DNA from: an uncultured Senegalimassilia sp.
GTDB lineage: Bacteria; Actinomycetota; Coriobacteriia; Coriobacteriales; Eggerthellaceae
DNA: 64,000 nt
Direction of reading: 5' to 3'
Assembly (NCBI RefSeq): GCF_902464545.1
Contig: NZ_CABQJR010000011.1
Span: 3,001-67,000, forward strand
The position numbers and the translations under genes were made by a program. Each line of letters starts with the position of its first letter. The first letter of the stretch is position 1. Positions 49,232 to 58,803 of the stretch are shown in pieces. The notes below the pieces were generated by a model. That model was given only the letters and a program-made list of their open reading frames with translations, was not told where the DNA came from and searched no databases.

Positions 49232-49480
49232 ATGTACACCTATCGAACCAGGGGCGTATGCTCGCGAGAGATCCACGTCGATCTTGACGGCGACACTATC
49301 AAGCATGTTGATTTCGTCGGCGGCTGCGACGGCAACCTCAAGGCCATCGGCAAGCTGGTCAACGGCAAGAACATCGACGATGTTGCTGCCGTGCTCGAGG
49401 GCAATACTTGCGGTCGCCGTTCCACTAGCTGTGCCGACCAACTTGTCCATGCGCTGCGCGAGGCCCGTCAAGCGCAATAA
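49232..49480 (+). CDS. TSCPD-domain small protein (four-Cys family)
   Basis: Frame of ORF 48917-49480, ATG 49232 behind GAGAGGAAA. 82 aa with four Cys in GVCSREI, GGCDGNL, GNTCGRR and STSCADQ. Confidence 0.7.
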   Translation: MYTYRTRGVCSREIHVDLDGDTIKHVDFVGGCDGNLKAIGKLVNGKNIDDVAAVLEGNTCGRRSTSCADQLVHALREARQAQ

Positions 49481-49690
49481 GCGCAGGCGGGGGTTTTGTG
49501 CGCAAGCTGTGCAGGTGGGTCCATTACACTTGCGTGCAAGCGCTCCGTCATCGTATTCTAGACCAGTTGCCGTATCGGCAGCCACTTTCAGCTTGGTCCC
49601 CATCCAGCATGGATCCCAGCGGAAAGCAAGTAGAGCGCAGCAACAGCTGCACGGAAGGCGGGCAAGTCCCGCAGGAAAGGTGGAGTTAGC

Positions 49691-49978
49691 ATGCCTAGCA
49701 AACTCAGCATCACGAAAGAGCGCACCGCAGAGCTGGTGGCCGAGTTCGGCGCCAACGAGCATGACACCGGCAACCCGGACGTGCAGGTCGCCATCCTGTC
49801 CGAGCGTATCCGCAACCTGACCGAGCACCTGAAGACCCACAAGAAGGATAACCATTCCCGCCGTGGCCTGATGATGCTCATCGGTAAGCGTCGTGGTCTG
49901 CTCAAGTACATCAAGGAGCGCGACATCGAGCGTTACCGTGCCCTCATCAAGAAGCTCGGCATTCGCGACAACATCTAG
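49691..49978 (+). CDS. rpsO: 30S ribosomal protein S15
   Basis: 95 aa, ...[28 protein letters not shown]... Confidence 0.95.
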   Translation: MPSKLSITKERTAELVAEFGANEHDTGNPDVQVAILSERIRNLTEHLKTHKKDNHSRRGLMMLIGKRRGLLKYIKERDIERYRALIKKLGIRDNI

Positions 49979-49984
49979 TCAACG

Positions 49985-50013
49985 AAAGCCCGCGCAGCGC
50001 TGCGCGGGCTTTT
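49985..50013 (+). terminator. rho-independent terminator after rpsO
   Basis: AAAGCCCGCGCAG / CTGCGCGGGCTTT followed by a T run. Confidence 0.7.
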
Positions 50014-50135
50014 GCATAGCGGTCGGGTATGCAAGGGCATGCCTGCTCGCGGCAAGCGGGAAACGTGAGTACCCCTGGCCGAAGAAGCTTGACCGCACTA
50101 CGGCGGTTAAGGAATAGAGAAGGAAAGAACACCAC

Positions 50136-52370
50136 ATGGAAAAGATCGTCGAGTCCTTCGAGCTGTACGGCAAGACCTACCGCTTCGAAACGGGCGAGCT
50201 GGCCAAGCAGGCTACCGGCGCTGTCCTGGTCACGCAGGGCGAGACCACCGTGCTCGTCACGGCCGTCATCTCCAAGGAGGAGAAGAACTACGACTTCTTC
50301 CCGCTTACCGTCGACTTCATGGAGAAGATGTACTCCGTCGGGCGCATCCCCGGCGGCTACCTCAAGCGTGAAGCGCGTCCGTCCGAGAAGGGCACGCTGA
50401 CCGCCCGCATGATCGACCGTCCCATCCGTCCCGGCTTTGTCGACGGCTTCAAGCGTGAGGTGCATATCGTCGCCACTACGCTCGTGTGCGATGGCAAGAA
50501 CGCTCCTGACTGCATCTGCGTCGGCGGCGCTTCGGCAGCCCTTATGATCGGCAGCGCCCCGTTTGACGGCCCTGCGGCTTGCGTGCGCATCGCCCATAAC
50601 CCCGAGACCGACGAGTTCATCGTGAACCCCACCTACGAGGAGCAGGAGACCTCCGATCTCGAGCTCACCATTGCAGGTACCGCCGACTACATCTCCATGG
50701 TCGAGGCCGGTGCCAACGAGGTTTCCGAGGATCTTATGCTGCGCGCCATGGACTTCGGTCAGCAGGCCATCGCGAAGTTCTGCGAAGCCCAACAGCGCTT
50801 CCTCGATCGTTGCGACATCACCCCGGTCGAGTGGCCTATCCACGTTGCCGACCCGTCCATCGACGAGCGCATCTCCCCGTTCTTCGACGAGATGTCCCAG
50901 GCTCTGAGCGATGCCGATAAGCAGGCTCGCATGGGCAAGGTCGAGGAGCTCAAGACCCGCATCAAGGAAGAGTGCTTCAATGAGGAGGAGCTTGCCGCTT
51001 GGGGCTCCGACATTGCCGCTGCCTTGAAGTCGCTTGAGAAGAAGGCCATGCGCGCCATGGTCATCGAAACCGGCGAGCGCGCCGACGGCCGCCGCGCCGA
51101 CGAGATCCGTCCGCTGCACATCGTGCCCGGTTATCTGCCCCGCGTCCACGGCTCCGGTCTGTTCCAGCGCGGCCAGACCCAGGCGCTTTCCATCGCCACG
51201 CTCGGCATGCTCAACGAGTGGCAGCGTCTTGACACCATCGACCCGGCCGAGGGCAAGCGCTACATGCACCAGTACAACTTCCCGCCGTACTGCACCGGCG
51301 AGACGGGCCGCATGGGCGCTCCGAAGCGTCGCGAGGTCGGCCACGGTGCGCTGGCTGAGCGCGCCCTGCTGCCGGTGATCCCCTCTGAAGACGAGTTCCC
51401 CTACGCCATCCGCGTGGTTTCCGAGATCCTAGAGTCCAACGGCTCTTCGTCCATGGCTTCCACCTGCGGTTCCACGCTGGCGCTGATGGATGCGGGCGTG
51501 CCGATCAAGGCTCCGGTCTCCGGTATCGCCATGGGTCTTATCAAGGAAGGCGACGACATCGTCATCCTCTCCGACATCCAGGGCATCGAGGACTTCCTCG
51601 GAGATATGGACTTCAAGGTCTGCGGTACCGAGAAGGGCATCACCGCTTTGCAGATGGACAACAAGGCCAAGGGCCTGTCCACCGAGATCCTCGGCCGTGC
51701 GCTCAAACAGGCTCACGAAGGCCGTGCGCACATCCTGAAGGCCATGCTCGCCGAGCTGCCCGAGCCCCGCGCAAGCCTGCGCGACACTGCTCCGCGCATC
51801 GAGACCATCCATATCCCCGTAGACAAGATCCGCGACGTCATCGGCTCCGGTGGCAAGGTCGTGCGCGGTATCCAGGACGAAACCGGCGCGCAGATCGACA
51901 TCCAGGAAGATGGCACCATCCATATCGCCGCCATCGAGGGCCCGGCTGGCGAAGCCGCCAAGGCCATGATCCTCGGTATCGTCAAGGAGCCCGAGGTCGG
52001 CGAGATCTTCGAGGGCGAAGTCGTCGGCATCAAGGACTTCGGCGCCTTCGTCAAGCTCACCCCCGGCAAGGACGGCCTGCTGCATATCTCCCGTGTGGCA
52101 AACGGTCGCGTCGGCTCGGTCGAGGACGTGTTGAAGCTCGGCGACACTGTCAAGGTTCAGGTCCTCGAGATCGACCCCAAGACGGGCAAGATCTCGCTCG
52201 ATCGTCTGGACAAGCCGGAAGCTCCCGAAGGCAGCGCACCTGCTCCGCGCGAGCATCGCGGGCATGAGCGCCATGAACGCCACGAGGGAGGCAAGCGCGA
52301 AGGCGGCCAGCGCGACGTGCGCCCCGGTCGTGCCAACCGCACCCCTCGTCGCCGTCATGAATCCCAATAA
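50136..52370 (+). CDS. pnp: polyribonucleotide nucleotidyltransferase (PNPase)
   Basis: 744 aa with two RNase PH domains, KH and S1, and a basic tail. Follows rpsO. Confidence 0.97.
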   Translation: MEKIVESFELYGKTYRFETGELAKQATGAVLVTQGETTVLVTAVISKEEKNYDFFPLTVDFMEKMYSVGRIPGGYLKREARPSEKGTLTARMIDRPIRPGFVDGFKREVHIVATTLVCDGKNAPDCICVGGASAALMIGSAPFDGPAACVRIAHNPETDEFIVNPTYEEQETSDLELTIAGTADYISMVEAGANEVSEDLMLRAMDFGQQAIAKFCEAQQRFLDRCDITPVEWPIHVADPSIDERISPFFDEMSQALSDADKQARMGKVEELKTRIKEECFNEEELAAWGSDIAAALKSLEKKAMRAMVIETGERADGRRADEIRPLHIVPGYLPRVHGSGLFQRGQTQALSIATLGMLNEWQRLDTIDPAEGKRYMHQYNFPPYCTGETGRMGAPKRREVGHGALAERALLPVIPSEDEFPYAIRVVSEILESNGSSSMASTCGSTLALMDAGVPIKAPVSGIAMGLIKEGDDIVILSDIQGIEDFLGDMDFKVCGTEKGITALQMDNKAKGLSTEILGRALKQAHEGRAHILKAMLAELPEPRASLRDTAPRIETIHIPVDKIRDVIGSGGKVVRGIQDETGAQIDIQEDGTIHIAAIEGPAGEAAKAMILGIVKEPEVGEIFEGEVVGIKDFGAFVKLTPGKDGLLHISRVANGRVGSVEDVLKLGDTVKVQVLEIDPKTGKISLDRLDKPEAPEGSAPAPREHRGHERHERHEGGKREGGQRDVRPGRANRTPRRRHESQ

Positions 52371-52390
52371 GCTGTATATAAGATAGCTAG

Positions 52391-52420
52391 CGATGGCGGC
52401 CGCCTTAGGCCGCCATCTTT
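52391..52420 (+). terminator. rho-independent terminator after pnp
   Basis: GATGGCGGCC-gcctta-GGCCGCCATC followed by TTTT. Confidence 0.7.
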
Positions 52421-52439
52421 TCTAAGGAGGAGCTTCAAC

Positions 52440-53207
52440 ATGATCAACGTTGCCGTTTCCGGTTTTGCCGGACGTATGGGTTCAGCCGTGGTCGATGCCG
52501 TCACTGCTGCCGATGATATGCAGGTGACCTGCGGAATCGACCCGCATGGCTCTTCGAAGGTGTTCGCAGTGTATGAAACGGTCGAGCAGGCCGTGCATGC
52601 CGGCGGGTTCGATGTGCTCGTCGATTTTACGCAGCCTTCCGTCGTAGAGGGCAATCTTCGCGTCGCCCTTGCGGCGGGCATCGATTGCGTGGTGGGTACC
52701 ACGGGTCTTGCCAACGACAAACTCGAAGAGCTTGCTGCCCTTGCCCCTGAGGGAACCTGCTTGTTCTATGCCCCGAACTTCACCACCGGCGCCGTGCTCA
52801 TGATGCAGTTCGCAAAAGCCGCTGCGCCGTTCTTTCCTGAAGCGGAAGTGCTCGAGTTCCACCACTGCAACAAGAAGGACGCCCCCTCTGGAACCGCCGT
52901 GCGCACGGCGCAGATCATCTCCGAGGCCCGCGACGGCCGTCAAAGCACCGCTCCTGGCAAGGAAACCGAGATCGCAGGTTGCGAGGGAGCTCGCGGCGCG
53001 TTGGTGGATGGCGTGCCCGTGCACTCGGTGCGCTCTATGGGCTATGTGGCAAGCCAGGAAGTGGTGTTGGGCTCCATGGGCCAGACCCTTACCATCCGCC
53101 ACGATTCATGGGATCGCACCTCGTATATGCCCGGCGTGCTGCTGGGCATCCGAAGCGTCGGCGACCGACAGGGCCTTATCGTCGGGCTTGAGAACTTCAT
53201 GGAATAG
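52440..53207 (+). CDS. dapB: 4-hydroxy-tetrahydrodipicolinate reductase
   Basis: 255 aa. N-terminus VAVSGFAGRMG, and EFHHCNKKDAPSGTA. Confidence 0.93.
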   Translation: MINVAVSGFAGRMGSAVVDAVTAADDMQVTCGIDPHGSSKVFAVYETVEQAVHAGGFDVLVDFTQPSVVEGNLRVALAAGIDCVVGTTGLANDKLEELAALAPEGTCLFYAPNFTTGAVLMMQFAKAAAPFFPEAEVLEFHHCNKKDAPSGTAVRTAQIISEARDGRQSTAPGKETEIAGCEGARGALVDGVPVHSVRSMGYVASQEVVLGSMGQTLTIRHDSWDRTSYMPGVLLGIRSVGDRQGLIVGLENFME

Positions 53208-53398
53208 CCGCACGCCAAGCTAGTCTTTTGCTGCTTATGGCAGGAATTACCACCTAGGCGGCAACATTTGTTTCTTGAGCGTGACAATTTAATGACTTCA
53301 CGGCGCCCTCCGGGGTGCCGTGGCATAATATGGCCAAGTTGCATTTTGCGATTCAGGTGCATGGTGATGAACCATGCTTGTACAGAAAGGTGCCAACG

Positions 53399-54289
53399 AT
53401 GGGAAATCCTCGTTTCGGTCGCATGATTCCGGCCATGGTCACGCCCATGAAGGACAATCTCGATCTCGATCTCGATCGTGCTCAGGAGCTTGCTGACCGT
53501 TTGGTAAAGGGCGGCGCCGACTCGCTGATCATCAACGGCACCACCGGTGAATCTCCCACGGTGTTCTATCCGGACAAGATCGAGCTGTTCAAGGCCGTTG
53601 TGGCTGCGGTCGATGGCCGTATCCCGGTCATCGCCAACGTCGGCGACAACTGCACGGCGGACACGGTCGGCTTCGCAAGCGATGTCGCCAAGCTCGGCGT
53701 CGACGGCTTCATGTGCGTCGTACCGTACTACAACAAGCCTCCGCAAGAGGGCTTGTATCAGCATTTCAGCACTATTGCGCGTTCGGTTGAGCTGCCGATC
53801 ATCCTGTACAACATCCCGGGACGTTGCGCGGTGAACATGACCGCGGAAACCTCGCTGCGTCTTGCGCATGATCTGGATAACGTGGTTGCGATCAAGGAGG
53901 CTTCTGGAGACTTCGATCAGGTGAAGGCCATCGTAGAGGGCGCACCCGAGGGCTTCTGCGTATACTCCGGCGACGATTCGGCAACCTATGACATTATGAA
54001 ACTAGGTGGCGTGGGCGTCATCTCCACCATCGGAAACGTTGCTCCTGCTCGAATGAAGGAGATCGTGGAGCTGTGCGCGGCCGGCAAGTGGGAAGAAGCC
54101 GCTGCCGCCAACGAACGCCTCATGCCCCTCATGGAAGGGCTGTTCAAGACAGCGAACCCCATCCTGGTCAAAGAGGCACTGAAATTGGCCGGTTTCCCGG
54201 TAGGCGGAGTGCGCCTACCGCTGGTCGATGCCACTGCCGAGCAGTCCGCCGAGCTTGAGCGCACTATGCGCGAGGTCGGCGTCCTGTAG
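53399..54289 (+). CDS. dapA: 4-hydroxy-tetrahydrodipicolinate synthase
   Basis: Frame of ORF 53315-54289, ATG 53399. Motifs GTTGES, PYYNKP and IKEASG. Confidence 0.93.
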   Translation: MGNPRFGRMIPAMVTPMKDNLDLDLDRAQELADRLVKGGADSLIINGTTGESPTVFYPDKIELFKAVVAAVDGRIPVIANVGDNCTADTVGFASDVAKLGVDGFMCVVPYYNKPPQEGLYQHFSTIARSVELPIILYNIPGRCAVNMTAETSLRLAHDLDNVVAIKEASGDFDQVKAIVEGAPEGFCVYSGDDSATYDIMKLGGVGVISTIGNVAPARMKEIVELCAAGKWEEAAAANERLMPLMEGLFKTANPILVKEALKLAGFPVGGVRLPLVDATAEQSAELERTMREVGVL

Positions 54290-54299
54290 CCAGGATACG

Positions 54300-54333
54300 C
54301 AGCAGGGTCGCTTCAATCCATGCGGCCCTGCTG
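54300..54333 (+). terminator. possible hairpin terminator after dapA
   Basis: CAGCAGGG / CCCTGCTG 8-bp stem with an 18-nt loop, followed by TATGTTGG. Weak. Confidence 0.35.
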
Positions 54334-54359
54334 TATGTTGGCAGTAAGGAAATCAATAC

Positions 54360-56207
54360 ATGGAACAAAACGAACAGCGCCCGAAGCGCAACGGTGATGT
54401 GCGCCCTGAGAACAGCGGCAAAAGCACGCAGACGGTCAAGCACGTCAAGCTTGACCTTGAGCGTCCCAAGCTCACGAAAGAGGGCAACGCCGATCAGGGC
54501 CGTAAGCGTCCGCGTTCCCGCAAGCGCTCCTTCGACTCCTCGAAAAAAGACCGTGGAGCCACGCTGAAGATCATCCCGCTCGGCGGCCTTGACGCCATCG
54601 GCAAGAACATGACCGTGTTCGAGTGCAAGGGCGACATGGTGCTCGACGATGCTGGCCTCATGTTTCCCGACGACAATCATCCCGGCGTAGATCTTATCCT
54701 TCCGGATTATACCTACGTGCTCCAGCATGCTGATAAACTGCGGGGCATCGTGATCACGCACGGCCATGAGGATCATACGGGTTCCTTGCCTTATCTGATC
54801 AAGGACCTGGATCGTCAGGTGCCCATCTACGGTACGAAGATGACATTGGGCCTGATCGAGGGCAAGTTCAAAGAGCATCGGATCAAAAACGCCAAGCTTG
54901 TGGAAATCAAGCCGGGCGACAAGGTGAACCTCGGCTGCATCACGGCCGAGTTCTTCGCCGTGAACCACTCCATCCCTGGTGCCGTGGGCGTCTTTTTCCG
55001 CAGCCCTGCAGGCAACGTGCTGCACACGGGCGACTTCAAGCTTGACCAAACCCCCATCGACGGCGTACATACCGATTTCGGCGCGCTTGCACGTTTCGCC
55101 GAAGAGGGTGTTGACTTGATGATGTCGGATTCCACGAACGCCACCAACCCAAACTTCACGCCCAGCGAGGCGGAAGTCGGAAAGGAGCTTCAGCGCATCA
55201 TCGCGCAGGCAAAGGGCCGCGTCATCATCGCGTCGTTCGCCAGCCACATCCATCGCCTGCAGCAGATCTGCGATGCCGCCGTGGCAAACGGGCGCAAGGT
55301 GGTCGTCACCGGACGCTCCATGGTGCAGAACACCGATATCGCACGCAAGCTGGGATATTTAAAGATCTCCGACCAGGACATCATCGATGCATACGACCTG
55401 AAGGGAATCCCGCCCGAGCAGGTGGTCATCATGTGCACGGGCAGCCAGGGCGAGCCGCTGTCGGCATTGGCCCGTATCGCAGCAGGCGAGCATAAGACCA
55501 TCGATATGGAAGCGGGAGACACCGTCATCATCTCGGCAACGCCGGTTCCCGGTAACGAAAAGGCCGTCACGAAGGTGGTCAACTCCTTGGCCAAGATCGG
55601 CGCCGATGTGTATGACAAGTCTCGTGCCCGCGTGCATGTGTCGGGTCATGCATCGGCAGAGGAGCTGAAGATCATGTTGACCATCGTGCAGCCCAAGGCT
55701 TTCATGCCGGTGCACGGCGAGGCCACGCATCTTCGCGCTCATGCTCGTTTGGCGGAAGCCGTCGGCGTTCCCGCAGAAAACGTCTTCATTTGCGAGAACG
55801 GTGAGAGCCTGGAACTGTCCACGAAGGGCGTCAAGCATGGCGAGTTCGTTCAGTCCGGCATCGTTTTGGTCGACGGCCTGTCGGTCGGCGATACCTCCGA
55901 GCAGGTGCTCGAAGAGCGCACGGCGCTTTCCGCTCAGGGCTTCGCTGCCATCGCGGCGGCGGTTTCCGGCCGCAAGAAGGCCGTTGCCGGCAATGTTCAA
56001 GTCGAGATGCATGGCATAACCGGCGGAGACGATGGCTATCTGGTCCAGGAGTGCGAGAAGTGCGTCAAAAACGCGCTGACCCGGGCGTTGTCCAAGGGTG
56101 CTTCGGGTAAGGAGCTCAAGAAGGCCGCCCGCGATGCTCTGCTTTCCCTGCTTTGGGAGCGCACGAAAACCCGTCCCATGACGGTGGTGAACCTGCTGGA
56201 CATCTAG
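54360..56207 (+). CDS. rnj: ribonuclease J
   Basis: 615 aa. Basic N-terminal extension, then beta-CASP metallo-beta-lactamase motif HGHEDHTG. Confidence 0.93.
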   Translation: MEQNEQRPKRNGDVRPENSGKSTQTVKHVKLDLERPKLTKEGNADQGRKRPRSRKRSFDSSKKDRGATLKIIPLGGLDAIGKNMTVFECKGDMVLDDAGLMFPDDNHPGVDLILPDYTYVLQHADKLRGIVITHGHEDHTGSLPYLIKDLDRQVPIYGTKMTLGLIEGKFKEHRIKNAKLVEIKPGDKVNLGCITAEFFAVNHSIPGAVGVFFRSPAGNVLHTGDFKLDQTPIDGVHTDFGALARFAEEGVDLMMSDSTNATNPNFTPSEAEVGKELQRIIAQAKGRVIIASFASHIHRLQQICDAAVANGRKVVVTGRSMVQNTDIARKLGYLKISDQDIIDAYDLKGIPPEQVVIMCTGSQGEPLSALARIAAGEHKTIDMEAGDTVIISATPVPGNEKAVTKVVNSLAKIGADVYDKSRARVHVSGHASAEELKIMLTIVQPKAFMPVHGEATHLRAHARLAEAVGVPAENVFICENGESLELSTKGVKHGEFVQSGIVLVDGLSVGDTSEQVLEERTALSAQGFAAIAAAVSGRKKAVAGNVQVEMHGITGGDDGYLVQECEKCVKNALTRALSKGASGKELKKAARDALLSLLWERTKTRPMTVVNLLDI

Positions 56208-56233
56208 CATCGCCGCACACAAGAATCTGTTCA

Positions 56234-56267
56234 CGAGCACCTGCGTTGCATTGCGCGCAGGTGCTCG
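56234..56267 (+). terminator. hairpin after rnj (no U tract)
   Basis: CGAGCACCTGCG / CGCAGGTGCTCG, 12-bp perfect stem. It overlaps the ORF-track 5' extension of ftsK, which supports the later ftsK start. Confidence 0.5.
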
Positions 56268-56313
56268 CTTGCTCGCACAACTGCTGAAACGCTTTAGCAC
56301 GAAAGGGGAGGGC

Positions 56314-58794
56314 GTGGCCCGAACTGCTTCGAACAAATCAACCTCATCTAAAAAGGCCGCCGGCAAATCCAAAGCCGCAAGCCCTGCGCAGAAACGCGCT
56401 GCCAAACAGGCCGCCTCGGCTCCCGCTCAACCGCAGATCCTCGATGAGCGCACCAAGCGCGACATCACCGGTGTTGCCGTAACGTTGTTGGGCATCGTTT
56501 TGTTCGTCGCCGCTGTCGTTCCCACCGATGCGCTCATCACCTCCTTCGTGTCACAGCTTTTGCATCTGTGCTTGGGTATCGGCGCGTACCTGCTGCCGTT
56601 TTTCCTGGTGGCAATCGGGGCAAGCTTTCTCGTACGCATCGACAAGGAGGGCGTCCCTCTGCGTGTTTCAGTGGGTTTGGCCATGTTGTTCGTTGCGGTG
56701 CTTTCCCTGTTAGCGCTGTTCACGCCCGAAGCTGCCCCTGATGCTACGGACAACCTGTTCTTGGCTGATCAGCTTTCCGCGCGCGGGGGCTATATCGGTG
56801 CGGGCATCGCATGGTGCGGCCTGACGTTGTTCGGCAAGGTGATATCGGCAATCGTGTTGTTCGGCCTTGCGATCGCCGGGTTGATCGTCATCGGCTTCTC
56901 CATATCCAGCATCGTAGAGAAGCTGCGCACGCTGGCTGCAGCTCGAGAAGAAGCCGACGAGCGCGAGCATGGCGTGGTCCCGCCGCCAGCCTTCACCAGG
57001 GTTTCCCGCCCGAAGGCGAAAGCCGTTAACGAAGCTGAGCTCGCTGAGCTCGAAACCGCTAAAACCCAAACGCTCAAGCAGTCTGCGCCTTCGAATCGCC
57101 GACACGGCAGCGCCGTCGCATCCGCAGCGGTTGACGCTGCTGGTAAGGACGCGAACAACGCACCTGAAACCATCACGCGTAAACTAGGGCGCCGCAAGCC
57201 TATTGAGCGTGCTGCTGCGCCGACCATGCCGAAAAAGCCTTCTAAGGCGGCCACGCCGGTTGCCACTCCACGCCCCGAGCAGGGTTTCGAACTTCCGCCG
57301 TTCGATCTTCTTGCCACGTCAACCGATCCAGAAAAGGACCTGGCGACCGATTCGGAGCTTCAGGAAACCGGCGCCTGCCTGCAAGAAACGCTTGAAGACT
57401 TCAATATCATGGCCAAGGTGGTGGGCTGGGTTGCCGGTCCGACGGTCACCTTGTTCAAAGTGGACCTTCCGGCAGGCGTGCGCGTCAGCCGCGTGACTGC
57501 GCTTGAAGACGATATCGCGTTGGCGCTCGCCGCGCCCGGCGTGCGCATCTTCGCGCCTATTCCCGGTACCAATTACGTCGGCATCGAGGTGCCTAACCGT
57601 ACTCGCCAGACAGTACTGCTCGGCGATGTCATCAAGGACGCAGCCCCCGGTCCTTTGCAGATCGCTATCGGCAAGGACGTCGAGGGTCACTGCATCGTTT
57701 CCGACCTTGCGAAGATGCCCCATCTGCTTATCGGCGGCACCACTGGTTCCGGTAAGTCGGTCTCCATCAACGCGATGATCATGTCCATCCTCATGCGGGC
57801 AACTCCGTCCGAGGTGCGTTTCATCATGATCGACCCGAAGCGCGTCGAGTTCACGCCCTATAACGGCATCCCGCATCTGTATGTTCCCGTTGTCACCGAG
57901 CCGAAGGAAGCGGCAAGCGCCTTGAGCTGGGGCGTTGCGGAAATGGAACGACGTTTGAAGGTGTTTTCGAAGGTCGGCGCACGAAACATCGGCCAGTACA
58001 ATGCCAAGGTGCAGGCAGCTCAGGCTGAAGCGAAGGCCGCTCAGGAAACAGGGGAGGAGCTGCCTGAAAACGAGCTTGGCGACGAGCTGCCCTATATCGT
58101 CATCATCATCGATGAGCTTGCCGACCTTATGATGAACGTCGGCAAGGAGGTCGAGTTCTCCATCAGCCGCATTGCCCAGTTGGCGCGCGCGGCAGGCATT
58201 CACCTGATCGTTGCCACTCAGCGTCCTTCCACCAACGTGGTCACAGGACTTATCAAGGCAAACATCACGAACCGCATCGCTTTCAACGTGGCAAGCGGCA
58301 TCGACAGCCGCGTTATCTTGGATACGCCGGGCGCGGAAAACCTTATCGGCCTGGGCGACCTGCTTCTCAGCAAGCCCGAATACGCCAAGCCCATGCGTAT
58401 CCAGGGTTGCTATGTGTCCGAAGATGAGATCAACGCGGTTGTGGAGAAGTTGCGCAGTCAGGGCGAGCCGGAGTACCATTCCGAGATCTTATCCACCAAT
58501 CTAATCACATTGGGATCGTGCCCCTCGGATGCCAGCGGCGGCACCTGCGCCGATGACGATCCGCTCATTTGGGAGGCGGCCGAGTTGGTGGTGTCCAGCG
58601 GCTTGGGTTCCACGTCCAATATCCAGCGTCGCCTCAAAGTGGGATACTCCCGCGCCGGGCGTATAATGGATATGTTGGAAGATAAGGGCGTCGTCGGTCC
58701 TCCGAACGGCAGCAAGCCCAGAGAAGTGCTCGTCGATGCCATGGAGCTTGAAACGCTCAAAGCGTTCGAGCAACATGACGGCGACAATCAATAA
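56314..58794 (+). CDS. ftsK: DNA translocase FtsK
   Basis: Frame of ORF 56251-58794; GTG 56314 behind GAAAGGGGAGG preferred. Four N-terminal TM helices, a Pro/Ala-rich linker, Walker A GGTTGSGKS and a gamma domain at the C-terminus. Confidence 0.93.
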   Translation: MARTASNKSTSSKKAAGKSKAASPAQKRAAKQAASAPAQPQILDERTKRDITGVAVTLLGIVLFVAAVVPTDALITSFVSQLLHLCLGIGAYLLPFFLVAIGASFLVRIDKEGVPLRVSVGLAMLFVAVLSLLALFTPEAAPDATDNLFLADQLSARGGYIGAGIAWCGLTLFGKVISAIVLFGLAIAGLIVIGFSISSIVEKLRTLAAAREEADEREHGVVPPPAFTRVSRPKAKAVNEAELAELETAKTQTLKQSAPSNRRHGSAVASAAVDAAGKDANNAPETITRKLGRRKPIERAAAPTMPKKPSKAATPVATPRPEQGFELPPFDLLATSTDPEKDLATDSELQETGACLQETLEDFNIMAKVVGWVAGPTVTLFKVDLPAGVRVSRVTALEDDIALALAAPGVRIFAPIPGTNYVGIEVPNRTRQTVLLGDVIKDAAPGPLQIAIGKDVEGHCIVSDLAKMPHLLIGGTTGSGKSVSINAMIMSILMRATPSEVRFIMIDPKRVEFTPYNGIPHLYVPVVTEPKEAASALSWGVAEMERRLKVFSKVGARNIGQYNAKVQAAQAEAKAAQETGEELPENELGDELPYIVIIIDELADLMMNVGKEVEFSISRIAQLARAAGIHLIVATQRPSTNVVTGLIKANITNRIAFNVASGIDSRVILDTPGAENLIGLGDLLLSKPEYAKPMRIQGCYVSEDEINAVVEKLRSQGEPEYHSEILSTNLITLGSCPSDASGGTCADDDPLIWEAAELVVSSGLGSTSNIQRRLKVGYSRAGRIMDMLEDKGVVGPPNGSKPREVLVDAMELETLKAFEQHDGDNQ

Positions 58795-58803
58795 GGAGAA
58801 GGC

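Noticed and set aside
53208-53398. Possible lysine riboswitch or leader upstream of dapA
   Set aside because: I could not recognise the L-box conserved core by eye in this 190-nt spacer. Only an Rfam scan could settle it, so no call is made.
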